From: Blastocystis sp. Blastoise | Taxonomy: Eukaryota > Protista > Bigyra: Opalinata | DNA: 64,000 bases | Assembly: GCA_039096225.1 (NCBI GenBank) | Contig: JBBPEB010000013.1 | Location: 1,488,001-1,552,000, forward strand | Direction of reading: 5' to 3' | Shown: positions 1-12,216 of the stretch, piece by piece | Layout of the letters: each line of letters starts with the position of its first letter | Position numbering within the stretch: position 1 is the first letter of the stretch | Program-made: the position numbers and the translations under genes | The notes under the pieces: generated by a model | The model's input: only the letters and a program-made list of their open reading frames with translations | Databases searched by the model: none | What the model was told of the DNA's origin: nothing

Positions 1-3000
1 TACAAATGAATGGGTAATTTCTCAATATAGTTCTATTATAGAAGATACATCTATTGAATCTATTAAAGATATTAGTTCTGAAACATATGCTACATTTACT
101 AAAGATATAAATAATAAAGCTTCTGTTACTATTCATTTTAATGAATTATACTTTATTAATTATATTAATTTAGAATTATCTTCTAATATTAATAGTGATG
201 TTACTATATCTATATTATCTAAACTTAATATAAATAATAAACTTTATTCTAATATATATTCTATTGAAACTACTTCTAATTCTTATAGTTTACAATTTAC
301 TAAGAATATTCTTATAAAAGATATTATTATTGAATTTACTTTTAATAATTGTGATACTATTAATCTTTATAATATTATATTTAATGGAAAGAAAGCTTCT
401 GAAAATGCTATGGTATTCTTTGTTCCTGAAAATGTTAATAAATGTGTTTATACTTCTGATATTATTGTTACTTATGTTAGTTTATGTACTCCTGATATTT
501 CTTATATGTTTACTGATATGAATAATGTATATCCATGTTTCAAATTCCCTAATTCAGATTTTGCTTATTATAATATTCCTTTAACTATTCATTATGTTAC
601 TGTTGATCAATATACATCTAATGTTGTTGTTAATAATTATCATAATGAATATTTAACTTTACGTGGAAATGATCTTAATTCTGAATTTGATACAATTAAA
701 TTTGTTAATTTTGAATGTAATGAAGATGCTGTTGGTACAGGTTATACTTTAAATAATAATGAAATTTTATTAAGTTTTACTTCATCTATTAATTCTAAAT
801 CTGATGGAAAAATAAAATTATGTTATTGTTTTAATAATGAAGTTTGTACTAAAGTATTAACATTATCTACTTATGAAGCTTCTATTAAATATGAACAATT
901 TACATTACATCTTTATGATATTACTAAGATTTCTACTATTGATCAATCATCTTTATCTGTTTATATTAAGAATGAACAAACATATGTTTTTGAAGGTATT
1001 GGTATTCATTCTTGTACTACTGAAGATTCTATTAATTGTGATCATATTAAATTTACAAAGAATTCATGTTTTGATAATAATAATGTTGTTGCTGTTACTA
1101 AGAATAGTGCTACTTATTCTTTTGATAAAGCTTATAACAGTAATATGTTATGTTATAAATATGCTAATTTAGATTATGTAAGTTCTTTTAATATTTATGA
1201 AAATATTCAAGTTCGTTCTGTAGAAATTATTTCTATATATCCTAAATATTTACGTGAAAATATTGAAAGTACATTATATTTACTTCATAATTCAATTATT
1301 AATAAAGATTCTATTGCTTTAACTAATAAAGAACATTCTTGTGATGATACAACAATTGAATATCATACTTTGAACCTTATTAATAATGATTTATATGCTA
1401 TTACTTCTGTAATTCTTAATGAAAATATTAATCGTATTTGTGTTAAATTATTAGATAATAATAATGCTTATGTTGTTGATCAATTTAATATTAATATTGG
1501 TTTTACTGATATTACATATTCTCCTTCTATTATAATTGCTAGACAAAATAGTGTTATTACTTTCTATAGTGATAATATTGCTCCTTTAAATAAAGTTAAA
1601 TTTGTTTTAAGTGAATCTTGTGAAGATGAATCTGTTATTGAACCAGTAAATGTATATTATAATAATAATAATAATCAATTACAAGTTAATGTTTTATTTA
1701 ATATTGGTTATTCTTCATTATCTGTATGTTATCTTGATAATGAAAATATTGGTTATCAATTATTATCTCAAAAATTACGTGTAATATCTATTACTGGTAT
1801 TAAAGATCGTACATTTGTAGTTAGACGTGTTCCTACTACAATTATGATTGAAGGTGAAGGATTTTCTAATCAAGATTCTATTGCTTGGATTAAATCTGAT
1901 TTATCATGTGATTTTATCTCTATATCTTCATTTACTACTGTTTCTAGTATAAATGATGAACATACTATTGTTACTTTTGATAATGTTATATTACAAAATA
2001 CAGGTATTTTATACAAAGGTTGTTATAAATTTGGTTCTTTAGATATTATTTATTCTATAGATAATACTTTATTATCTGTAAAAGATTTATTATCTATTGA
2101 ACCTACTGAATGGGTTGTTGGTTTAAATATTCCTTTTATAAATTCTCAACGTACAAATAAAATATCTGTTAATGGTGTATTATTAGGTAATGATATGATT
2201 AAATTTGCATATGAATCATGTTCTATTGATAATGAATTTGATAGACAATCATCAATAGTTAATAATGAAGTAGATAATACTTTATTATTTGTAAAAGATG
2301 GTCGTTATAAAGTTTGTTATAAATTTGAAAATGGTGATGAATGGTATGATATGACTTATTATAGTACTAATTCTATATATATGGATATTAAATCTTATTA
2401 TATTGAAAGTTCTGATAAGATTAATGATAGAATAATTGTTTTAACTCCTCAATCTCCTATTGTTACTGAAACTATTACATTAGTTGGTTCCCTTGAATAT
2501 CTTAATCAACCATATCAATTCTCATTTGTTTATATAAATGATGAATGTAATGAAAATTCTGTACATACTATTGATTCTATTAATGGTTATTCTATTACTT
2601 ATACTTTTAATGAAGCTATTGAAGATAAATATAAATTATGTTTCTATTATAATAATGAATGGAAATCTACATCAATTACTATTACTACAAAAGATCTTAA
2701 ACATATACATTATAGTGGTTTTACTGATACAATTTATGTTACATCTACTATTCCTGCTACTATTACTTTTGAAGGTATTAATATTGGTAATGGTGATTAT
2801 GCTAAATTTGTATTACCTAATTCTGATTGTAATGATGTTAATAATAATCTTGTAAGTTCATTTATTAATAATGAAAAGAAAGGTACTTTTGATTTATCTT
2901 CAATATATTATAAGAATACTTTATCTTTATGTTATAAATTTAAACAATATAATGATGAATTAGATCAATTTATTGAATATAATAACTTTACTCTTACTGT

Positions 3001-6000
3001 TGTATATATTAATGATGTATATATTAATTCTATATCAATTCATACTATGCAACATATACTTAAGAATGAAGAAGCTATATTTAAATTTACTGGTAATGGT
3101 TTATTACCTGAAGATCAATTCTATTTTGTATTACCAAATAATGATTGTAATATTGATAATAATAGTATAATTTATAATATGACTGAATCTCATGTAATTC
3201 CTATTACTATTAGTCAAGGATATGATGAATTAAATATTTGTTATATCTTTAAGAATTTAGTTGTTTATAAATTAGAAAATACTATTATTAAAGTTGTTAG
3301 TCTTGATTCTATTAGTCATAATGAATGGGTTTCATATATTTCTGTACCTAATCCTAATATGAAATTACCTAATGGTGATTCTAATATTCCTATTAGTATA
3401 TCTGGTACTTCACTTAATATTCATGATGAAACTATTAAATTTATACCTATTATTGAAAATTGTAATACATATATTTCTCTTATAAGTACTCTTGAAGGAT
3501 CTAATGATAATACTTCTATTATTAGTTATATATTTACTAATCCTACAACATATAAATTATGTTATAATCATAATTTCTATGGTTGGAGAGAATATGAAAA
3601 TATAACTATAAGTATTAATCCATTATCATTATCATCTACTACTGGTGAACAATATATATTTATTTCACCTAATCAAGTTTCTTATGATTTACCTATTAAT
3701 ATTAATGGAAATATATTATTATTTACTATTAATAATAAATATAAATTAGTAAAATCATCTCAAGATTGTGTTATTGATTCATTAAATGATGGTATAGAAA
3801 CTGGTTTAATAAATAATAATGAATATAATACTATTTTATCTCTTATTCCTAATGATTATTTATTACCTCAATATATATGTTTCCAAGTTGGTTTATCTAA
3901 AAATATTATTGTTGATGGTATTAGTATTATTCAACGTTCTATTTCTAGTATATCTCCTTTACAAAGTTTAGTTGGTGGTATTCCTGAATATACTGAATTT
4001 AAATTTATTGGATCTATCTCTGAAGGTGATTCTATTAAATTTATACAAGGTAATTCTAATTGTGATAGTACTAATGAAGAAGATATTATTACTCCTTATG
4101 TAACTCTTAGTAATGATAAATCTATTAGTGTTAAATTTAATAAAGGATATCTTGATGTAGCTGTTTGTTTTAAATTCTTTAATAAACAAGAACAATATAA
4201 ATTAGATTATGAACATATTAAATTATTTAAATTACAAGAAATTAATCCTCATATTGTTGTTAAGAGTAAGACATCTCGTATTGATTTAGATATTGAACCT
4301 CAATATGATTTATCTAATACAATTATACGTTTTGTACCTGAATCTTCTACTTGTGATAATTATCTTGATACAATTGATGATATAATTTCTTATAATAATG
4401 ATAATAATAATAATTATGTTAATATACAAAATATTCCTCGTACATTTGTTACTAATGAAGATTATAAAGTATGTATGAAATTAGTTAATATTGATAATTC
4501 TGATTATGTTATATATAATACTGATAATACTCGTTTCTCGTTACATGGTGTAAGAATTATACCTGAATATATTATTGGTTTATATATAAATAATGTTGAA
4601 ACTTTAACATTTACATATGAAGGATTAGTTAATGATAATGCTAAATTTGTACATTATACAAATGATGAAGATATTACATGTACTGATGAAAATGCTCTTG
4701 TTACTAATTCAACAAATACACTTGGTCAATTTAATATTATTTATAGAGAAGCTATTTTAACTCCTAGTAATGAATTTAGATTATGTTACCAATTTGCTAA
4801 TAGTGAATATTATAGATATAATGATATTAAATTACAAATATTCCCTGCTAATGGTAAATTAACAGTTGAAGAAATTGTATTTATTATGATTCATTCTATT
4901 GATTCTGATGATTTATTTACTATTATGAATAAGGCTTTAACTAATGATTTAGTTAGAGATGTAACTGATATTTATAATGCTACTAGAGAAACTATTTTAT
5001 CTCATCCTTCTTTAGCTACAAAGATTATTAATGGTTTACTTGTTGGTCCTGAAGGTTCTACACCTCTTGCTAACATTCAATATTCTTATGTATGTGAAGA
5101 AGTTGCTAAGTCTCTTGGTGAAACAGAAATAGCTACTATTGATAATATTTATGATGGTGCTAAAGCAATTGCTATTGTTTATAATCGTCCTTATTATGAT
5201 ATGTCTATACAACCTATAGTTTTCTTACGTAATATTATTTATTTACCTTCTTATGATTCAGATATCCAAAAATCAAAGGCTTTCTTAAGAGGTTGGAGAT
5301 CTATAGGTGAAATGTCTAATGAGGTTGAAGTTAAACCTGGTGATGAAAATGTATCTCTTAATTTTGTTGATGGTACAAATGCTACATTTAGTTATCCTTC
5401 TATTACTTCTTCTAAATATCAATTATTACAAGAAGATGCTTCTAATACTATTAAGGTCGTTTTAAGTGCTATTAATTGTTACATGGTTTCTACTTTACGT
5501 GAAGGTAAATGTTATTATGTAATAATTAATAATGATATTGATTATGTTTTCCCTCAAAGTAATCCTCCTACTTTAAGATATCCTAAACGATCTGATATTG
5601 ATACATCTTGTGTTAAGAAAGATAATGAAACTGAAGAATTTACTCAAATTTATGCTGGTACTGATTGTATTGTTACTTTAGGTGATGCTTCTTTAACATC
5701 TACTACTTTTGGTATTGTTGGTACTAATGATGAAACTCCTTCTATTGCTCCTACTCCAAGACCTAATGATATTACTAATATAATTATTATATTTATTATC
5801 ATTATTTTATTATTAACTTTAATTGTATTTATTGTAATTTTAACTTTCTATTGTAGACGTACTGGTCCTCTTCCTGATAAGAATGAAGATGCTATACAGA
5901 AACAACTTGAAGAACTTAAGAAACAAAGAATTATTTTACCTGTTGCTAAACAAGAAACTGTAGCTGAAACTGTAGTTATTGATCAATATGCTAGTTTTGA

Positions 6001-6796
6001 TGATGATTATCAATTATCATCTGCTAATCTTGCTAAATATGCTTATGATAAAGCTGCTCATTCTGCTGATTTAGCTTCTATTAATGCTGGTAATGTTGCT
6101 AATATACTCGAACAAAAGCCTATATCTGATATACAAACAAGTGACATAGCTGATCCTATTGAATTTAATCAATATGTTGCTCAATGTGTTGAAAAGTATC
6201 CTACTATCTATAAATTAGCTGAATCTGCTGCTAATAATGGTATAGATGCTGCTATTATAGATAAAGATCAAAAAGATATAGAAGTTGTTCCTATTATTCC
6301 TACTGAATCTATTGAAATCATAAATGATTCCACCATAGAAGTTAATCCTTCTGAAAATGAACCTGTTATGAATAGACCTATCGCTGTGGTTAATCGATCG
6401 AATGATGAACCCACTCCAATTTTAATTGGTGAAAGCCAACCTGTTAGAGATCAAAATGAAGTTGTAGTAGTTTCTCAAGAAGAACCTATTATAACATCAT
6501 TACCGCACGAACATCCTAATGTTCAACCTGCGTTTGATGAACAGGCTGCCGCTGAATTAGCTCATAATGCTGAAGAGAGCCGTCGTATTGCTATTCAAGC
6601 TGCTTCTGCTTCTCTTGAACAAGCTAATGTTGCTGATTCAATGAGCGATTCCTTATCTCTTCATAACAGTGAATATGGTGAAATATCAGATGATATTAAT
6701 AATTCTGTAGAAATTAATAATAACAATTCTGCTCCTGTACAAGTTGTCGAGTCTCCTTCTAGCTCTAATAATAAGAATCCTATTGCTGAGAATTAA
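1..6796 (+). CDS. 3' part (~2,260 aa visible, 5'-partial) of a duplicate copy of the giant surface protein gene
   Basis: The frame is open from base 2 (TNEWVISQ...) to TAA at 6796. The 410..6796 translation matches the C-terminus of the 22797..48095 ORF. The ATG at 410 is internal. Confidence 0.93.
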   Translation, partial: TNEWVISQYSSIIEDTSIESIKDISSETYATFTKDINNKASVTIHFNELYFINYINLELSSNINSDVTISILSKLNINNKLYSNIYSIETTSNSYSLQFTKNILIKDIIIEFTFNNCDTINLYNIIFNGKKASENAMVFFVPENVNKCVYTSDIIVTYVSLCTPDISYMFTDMNNVYPCFKFPNSDFAYYNIPLTIHYVTVDQYTSNVVVNNYHNEYLTLRGNDLNSEFDTIKFVNFECNEDAVGTGYTLNNNEILLSFTSSINSKSDGKIKLCYCFNNEVCTKVLTLSTYEASIKYEQFTLHLYDITKISTIDQSSLSVYIKNEQTYVFEGIGIHSCTTEDSINCDHIKFTKNSCFDNNNVVAVTKNSATYSFDKAYNSNMLCYKYANLDYVSSFNIYENIQVRSVEIISIYPKYLRENIESTLYLLHNSIINKDSIALTNKEHSCDDTTIEYHTLNLINNDLYAITSVILNENINRICVKLLDNNNAYVVDQFNINIGFTDITYSPSIIIARQNSVITFYSDNIAPLNKVKFVLSESCEDESVIEPVNVYYNNNNNQLQVNVLFNIGYSSLSVCYLDNENIGYQLLSQKLRVISITGIKDRTFVVRRVPTTIMIEGEGFSNQDSIAWIKSDLSCDFISISSFTTVSSINDEHTIVTFDNVILQNTGILYKGCYKFGSLDIIYSIDNTLLSVKDLLSIEPTEWVVGLNIPFINSQRTNKISVNGVLLGNDMIKFAYESCSIDNEFDRQSSIVNNEVDNTLLFVKDGRYKVCYKFENGDEWYDMTYYSTNSIYMDIKSYYIESSDKINDRIIVLTPQSPIVTETITLVGSLEYLNQPYQFSFVYINDECNENSVHTIDSINGYSITYTFNEAIEDKYKLCFYYNNEWKSTSITITTKDLKHIHYSGFTDTIYVTSTIPATITFEGINIGNGDYAKFVLPNSDCNDVNNNLVSSFINNEKKGTFDLSSIYYKNTLSLCYKFKQYNDELDQFIEYNNFTLTVVYINDVYINSISIHTMQHILKNEEAIFKFTGNGLLPEDQFYFVLPNNDCNIDNNSIIYNMTESHVIPITISQGYDELNICYIFKNLVVYKLENTIIKVVSLDSISHNEWVSYISVPNPNMKLPNGDSNIPISISGTSLNIHDETIKFIPIIENCNTYISLISTLEGSNDNTSIISYIFTNPTTYKLCYNHNFYGWREYENITISINPLSLSSTTGEQYIFISPNQVSYDLPININGNILLFTINNKYKLVKSSQDCVIDSLNDGIETGLINNNEYNTILSLIPNDYLLPQYICFQVGLSKNIIVDGISIIQRSISSISPLQSLVGGIPEYTEFKFIGSISEGDSIKFIQGNSNCDSTNEEDIITPYVTLSNDKSISVKFNKGYLDVAVCFKFFNKQEQYKLDYEHIKLFKLQEINPHIVVKSKTSRIDLDIEPQYDLSNTIIRFVPESSTCDNYLDTIDDIISYNNDNNNNYVNIQNIPRTFVTNEDYKVCMKLVNIDNSDYVIYNTDNTRFSLHGVRIIPEYIIGLYINNVETLTFTYEGLVNDNAKFVHYTNDEDITCTDENALVTNSTNTLGQFNIIYREAILTPSNEFRLCYQFANSEYYRYNDIKLQIFPANGKLTVEEIVFIMIHSIDSDDLFTIMNKALTNDLVRDVTDIYNATRETILSHPSLATKIINGLLVGPEGSTPLANIQYSYVCEEVAKSLGETEIATIDNIYDGAKAIAIVYNRPYYDMSIQPIVFLRNIIYLPSYDSDIQKSKAFLRGWRSIGEMSNEVEVKPGDENVSLNFVDGTNATFSYPSITSSKYQLLQEDASNTIKVVLSAINCYMVSTLREGKCYYVIINNDIDYVFPQSNPPTLRYPKRSDIDTSCVKKDNETEEFTQIYAGTDCIVTLGDASLTSTTFGIVGTNDETPSIAPTPRPNDITNIIIIFIIIILLLTLIVFIVILTFYCRRTGPLPDKNEDAIQKQLEELKKQRIILPVAKQETVAETVVIDQYASFDDDYQLSSANLAKYAYDKAAHSADLASINAGNVANILEQKPISDIQTSDIADPIEFNQYVAQCVEKYPTIYKLAESAANNGIDAAIIDKDQKDIEVVPIIPTESIEIINDSTIEVNPSENEPVMNRPIAVVNRSNDEPTPILIGESQPVRDQNEVVVVSQEEPIITSLPHEHPNVQPAFDEQAAAELAHNAEESRRIAIQAASASLEQANVADSMSDSLSLHNSEYGEISDDINNSVEINNNNSAPVQVVESPSSSNNKNPIAEN

Positions 6797-7176
6797 TGAA
6801 CTCATCATGTAGAATAATTTTTATTATTGTTTCTTAATCCTTTTCTATATATATTATCAATTCCTATTCTTTTATTTTCTATTTAAACCTCTTTATACTG
6901 TAATTCCCTATTCTTTCTATTTTTCTCATTTTATAAATATATATATATATATTTTTTTTTATAAATTATATTATACTGTTTTTATCTTAGTTCTTTTTAT
7001 TTACCCTTTATATTGTAATTCCCTTTTCATCTCTCTTTTTATTTATATATAAATATATATATATATGTATTGTTATATAAATATTTTATAAATAAATATA
7101 TATAATATATATATATATTATCATGTATAACTTCAATATCTCCTATATATTTAAAAAAAAAAAAAAATTAAAAAAA

Positions 7177-8126
7177 GTCATAGAAAAAAAAAATTAAATT
7201 AAAAAAAGGTCATAGAAAAAAAAAAATTTAAAAAAATATATATATATAGGAGAAATAATTGAAGATATTAATAATAAATTTAGAAAATAATGATGCTATA
7301 TTATTAAAGATTATTATCATGAATTGTTAAATCCGGAATAACTCTTCATGATATATATTCTATATATTTATATTTATATATATATGTTTAAGATTTAGTT
7401 TATGAATTATATATTATGTAATGGTCTTCTTATAATTTAATATGTTAAGTATATGTATACTGTGTATTTAATTATTTCTAGATTATTTATATGAATGTAT
7501 AATTCTAATAGCTTTTTCTTATATATATATATATATATATATTTAAATATATGTATATATAATTGTATTTTTTTCTTTTTTTTAAAAAAGAATTATATCT
7601 TTTTAATAATTTTTTAATATTTTTAGTATCATTATTTATATATATTTTTATTATGTCTTTATATAATTATTCAATATTTGTTGTTATATATTATGTATAT
7701 ATATATATATTTATTATATATTTATTATATATATATTTATTATATATTTATATATTATGTATATATTTATATATTTTTATTATGTTGAGATATCATTATG
7801 TTGAGATATCATTAAGTTGAATATCTTATCTTATATTTATTTTTTATATCTTTTGTATTATATTCTTTTTTATGTCTAAAATCGTATTATAAGACAGGGT
7901 TCTTGTATAATATAGTTTTAGCTTCAAAAGAAATAATGTTTCAGGTTTTATGATATTTATCTATTCATAGTTTATATATAAATTATTCTTGTTGCATCAA
8001 TAATTATATATAGATGATTTAAAGAAATGTAGATATCATAAATATCCATATTCCTATAGAAAAAAAAAATTTAATAATCCCATAGAAAAAAAAAAGTTAA
8101 ATAACTCTCCATAGAAAAAAAAAATC
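7177..8126. repeat. Five dispersed (C/T)ATAG-A(10-11) motifs in two clusters (7177-7226, 8053-8124), mirrored in the right arm
   Basis: gtcatagaaaaaaaaaa occurs twice; cctatag, cccatag and tccatag each precede an A-run. Confidence 0.6.
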
Positions 8127-8739
8127 TATATGATATATATAGTTACTATGTGAATAGTATTATATATATATGTATAGGCGGTTCCTAAATCCTTTCTGTA
8201 ATTTTCCCTCTTCTCCTTTTTATACTTCCAAATAGTTTAAGATTATATAGATGCAATAATCTTATTCTATTTTCATATATATTAGTTTTTTTTTTATAAA
8301 TAAATAATTTATATATATTTTGTATTATTTATTAATACAATATATATATATATATTATTTTTATTCATATTTATACTTATATTTTTATATTTATACATAT
8401 ATATAATGTAGTTTTATATTTTGTTTATGGAATTTTTTTATATGTTTTGCTTTTACTCCATATATATTATATAATAAGATTGTTCTTCTTTATATAATAA
8501 TATGTCAGTATTTATTTTTATGTAGTTTTTATATTTTATAGTTAAGTTAGTTAAAAACTGACTTTTAATAAAGAGAATATTTATAATTATTTATATTATC
8601 TCTTTTTCTTTTGATTGATTCTGTATTATTATGTATATTATGTATTATATTATTATATCGATCAAATGATAATGAATATATATTTATAAAATAATTTATA
8701 AATATATAAAGTTATAAATTTAAAAAAAAAAAAAAATTA

Positions 8740-9194
8740 AAAAAAATTAAAAGAAAAAAATATCGTATATATTTTTTATATTTATATTCATTTATTTTTA
8801 TTTATTATTTATTTATTTATTTATATAGTTGCCTTGCGTTTCCATTATAACTTAGAGAAAAAAAAAATTAAAAAAAATTAAAAGAAAAAAAAATATCGTA
8901 TATATTTATATTTGTATTCATTTATATTTATTTATATATATACTTGCCTTGCGTTCCTACTAGATTTTAAACAAAAAAATCATTAAAAAATTAAAATTAA
9001 AAGAAAAAAAATATCTTGCCTTGCGTTCCTACTAGATTTTAAACAAAAAATTAATCAAAAGATTAATCAAAAAAATAAAATTAAAAGAAAAAAAATATCT
9101 TGCCTTGGGTTACTATTAAATTTTAAACAAAAAAATTAATCAAAAAAAAAATCAAAGAAAAAAAAAATTAAAAAAAATTAAAAAATAAAAAAAA

Positions 9195-9230
<36 letters not shown>

Positions 9231-9250
9231 ATTTTATAGTGTCGTTGCCT
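8740..9250. repeat. Array of 4-5 degenerate ~70-85-bp units (A-tract-GAAAAAAAATATC|TTGCCTTG(C/G)GTT...), some with intron-like inserts
   Basis: TTGCCTTGCGTT/TTGCCTTGGGTT at 8829, 8944, 9016 and 9100, and a TGTCGTTGCC variant at 9240. The core cctactagattttaaacaaaaaa is repeated. Confidence 0.88.
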
Positions 9251-11833
9251 GACAAAAAAAAAATCAAAAAAAAAAAAATATGTCGTCCTTATGTGTGTTT
9301 TCCTTTGTATACTTTCTATTTTGTCAGGTGCCTAGTTGATAACAATAAAAAATTCCATAACAAATAATAAACTATTTTTTTGTATTATATATATTATAAG
9401 TATATTTATAAATGTATCTATGAATAATTGTCTGATTTATTAATTTGTTTTGTTTATATGAACTATGTTTTTGAAATGAAAATTTATTTTATAAGTATAT
9501 ACACTGGTGTATAGCTTTTTGTCTTTTATACCAAGATTCCTCGTAGATTTATACAAAATATATATATATATATATTTTTTTTGTTTTTTTTAAATATCAA
9601 TCGAGATAATTTATATTAAAAATAATATTTTTTTTGAGTGCTTTTATAGAAAAAGATTTCAGTATATAAACTTGTGTAAAAGAAGACTTTTTTTGTTCTT
9701 TTTTATTTTTTCAGTTGTATTCATAAAATATTATTAATTAAAAGTTTATTATACACTGCATAAAAACAAAAGAAGATAATTATGACATAAATATGAAATA
9801 TTGTTAACTTAAATTTTTATAATTTCCGTTGAAGATTTAATATTTGTCAAAATCAATTGAATAATATTTTATGCAAGTATTTTAAACAAAATAAATATAT
9901 TAAAGAGAATATATGAGAAAATTATTTTATCATTTTGCAATTGTCTATTTATATGAGTAATTCTTTCTTGTTTATTAAAAATAATCATTGTATAGTTCAT
10001 TATATTATATTTATTATAATAAATAGATTTTTCTCTTTTTATACAGTTTTTCAATCAGTTTATACATAAAAAATAAACTTCTCTAAAATTACTTTATTTT
10101 ATTTTATTTAAAGAATTTCTTTTGATTTCCTTAATTTTATTTAAATTTGTTATAAATTAAAAAAATTTAATATTTTAAGTTTATCAAGTTGATTATTTTT
10201 CATTTATTTTCAATATATTAGTTATATCAGAATGTATATATGACTTTATATTAGTAAATATTTTAATATTTATTTTATATACAAATATTTTATCAGTAAT
10301 TATGTTTCTTTCATTTATTTTTAGCATTCATAGGTGTCACAAAAAGTTTTAAAATTTTATTTCAGTTGAATTAGTCTCTTTAAAAAGTATATTAATATGA
10401 ACTATAATGATGTTGTTTCATTTTTATTTTATTTATTTAGATTATAATTGATTAAGATGTTTAGAATTGTTTTTATGATAATGATAGATTATTTCAAAAC
10501 AAAAACAAAAACAAAAAAAATCAAAGCAAAAAAAGATGAGAATGAGAGACAGTCATTTTTGTATATATTAATTATTATTTTTTATTATTTATTTATTTTA
10601 TTTTATTAAATATTTTTAATACTTTATGGCTGTTTATTAGTCTTTAAATAGTATTTTAAATAAACATAAGATTTTCTTCCTATTTATTTTTTATGTATTA
10701 TATATAATTATTTTTATTATTTTTATTAATATTATTTTGAATATATTAAATAATATTATTTTATATAATATTTTTGTTTTTAATTTATTCTTTTACATTT
10801 TTTAATATAGATTTATATGTATAAGTTTTATAATATTTATTCTATTTATTGTTTATATAGTATTACTGGATTACTTGAACAAATATCTGAAGATTTATTA
10901 CTACATGTTATTGTATATAAATATTTTATTATTATTACTTTTTATTATTTTTAAATATATATATATATTTTAATAATAATATTAAATTTATAATATGTTT
11001 TTTTATATAATATATTATTCTATATATAATAATATATACTATTTATATATAGTTTCTTTATGATAATAGAAATAAGATTATTTTATTTTATTCTATCGGT
11101 AAAGACATAAAATGGTTTATTCCTTTTATTAAAAGTATTTAAAGAATAAGTATATCAATGAATACTTTACAAATAGATTATTCTTATTTTTTTGTATATA
11201 TATATATATATTACCATTATTATATATATTTAAATCTTATTATTGTATATTTAATACTAGTTTTATTATTATTGTATTTATTATATAGATAGATATGAAT
11301 ATAGATATAGGTAGAATTTCTTTCGACTGTAATAAAAGTGTATATTTCTATAATATCTGAATTATCTATTACGATCTCATTTTAATTGTGATTTATATCA
11401 AATAAAAAATATTATTATAAACGTATATATATATATATATATATTGATAATATTGATAATATATTTATATTATTATATATAGCTATTATAGATGTTTAAG
11501 TATCATTAAAAGAATGTAGTGAAAAAGTGATGATGAACAAACAAAAGATCTCCTTCTTCTAGTTCATTTCTTTTAGGATTCAACATACTATTATGTATAT
11601 TATTAAATATATATTACTATTATTATTCTTTATATATAACCATTTATATTGTTTTATATAATAAAATCCATTATAACTCTATCTATCTATAGTTATATAT
11701 TTATTAAAGTAAATACAGAGATATTATTTATACATATTAAGTATAGAATAAATAGTATTTTGAATAAACAAACAGAATTGAAGATTAATATATATTATTT
11801 GCTTTCTGGTACTACTATTTCTCCCACAGTATA

Positions 11834-12216
<383 letters not shown>

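Noticed and set aside
330-4195. Short Leu/Ile-rich ORFs overlapping the giant CDS (also 25398-29263, 35748, 37063, 43530-44809, 51344, 55600, 57046, 57053)
   Set aside because: Off-frame or antisense shadows caused by the NNT-biased codon usage of the real gene.
8740-9250. CRISPR-like appearance of the regularly spaced TTGCCTTGCGTT repeats
   Set aside because: The intervening sequences are related A-tracts rather than unique spacers; the context is eukaryotic and there are no cas genes.
7563-10054. ORFs 7563-7820 and 9869-10054 and their mirrors
   Set aside because: TTG starts, extreme AT content and no recognisable motifs.
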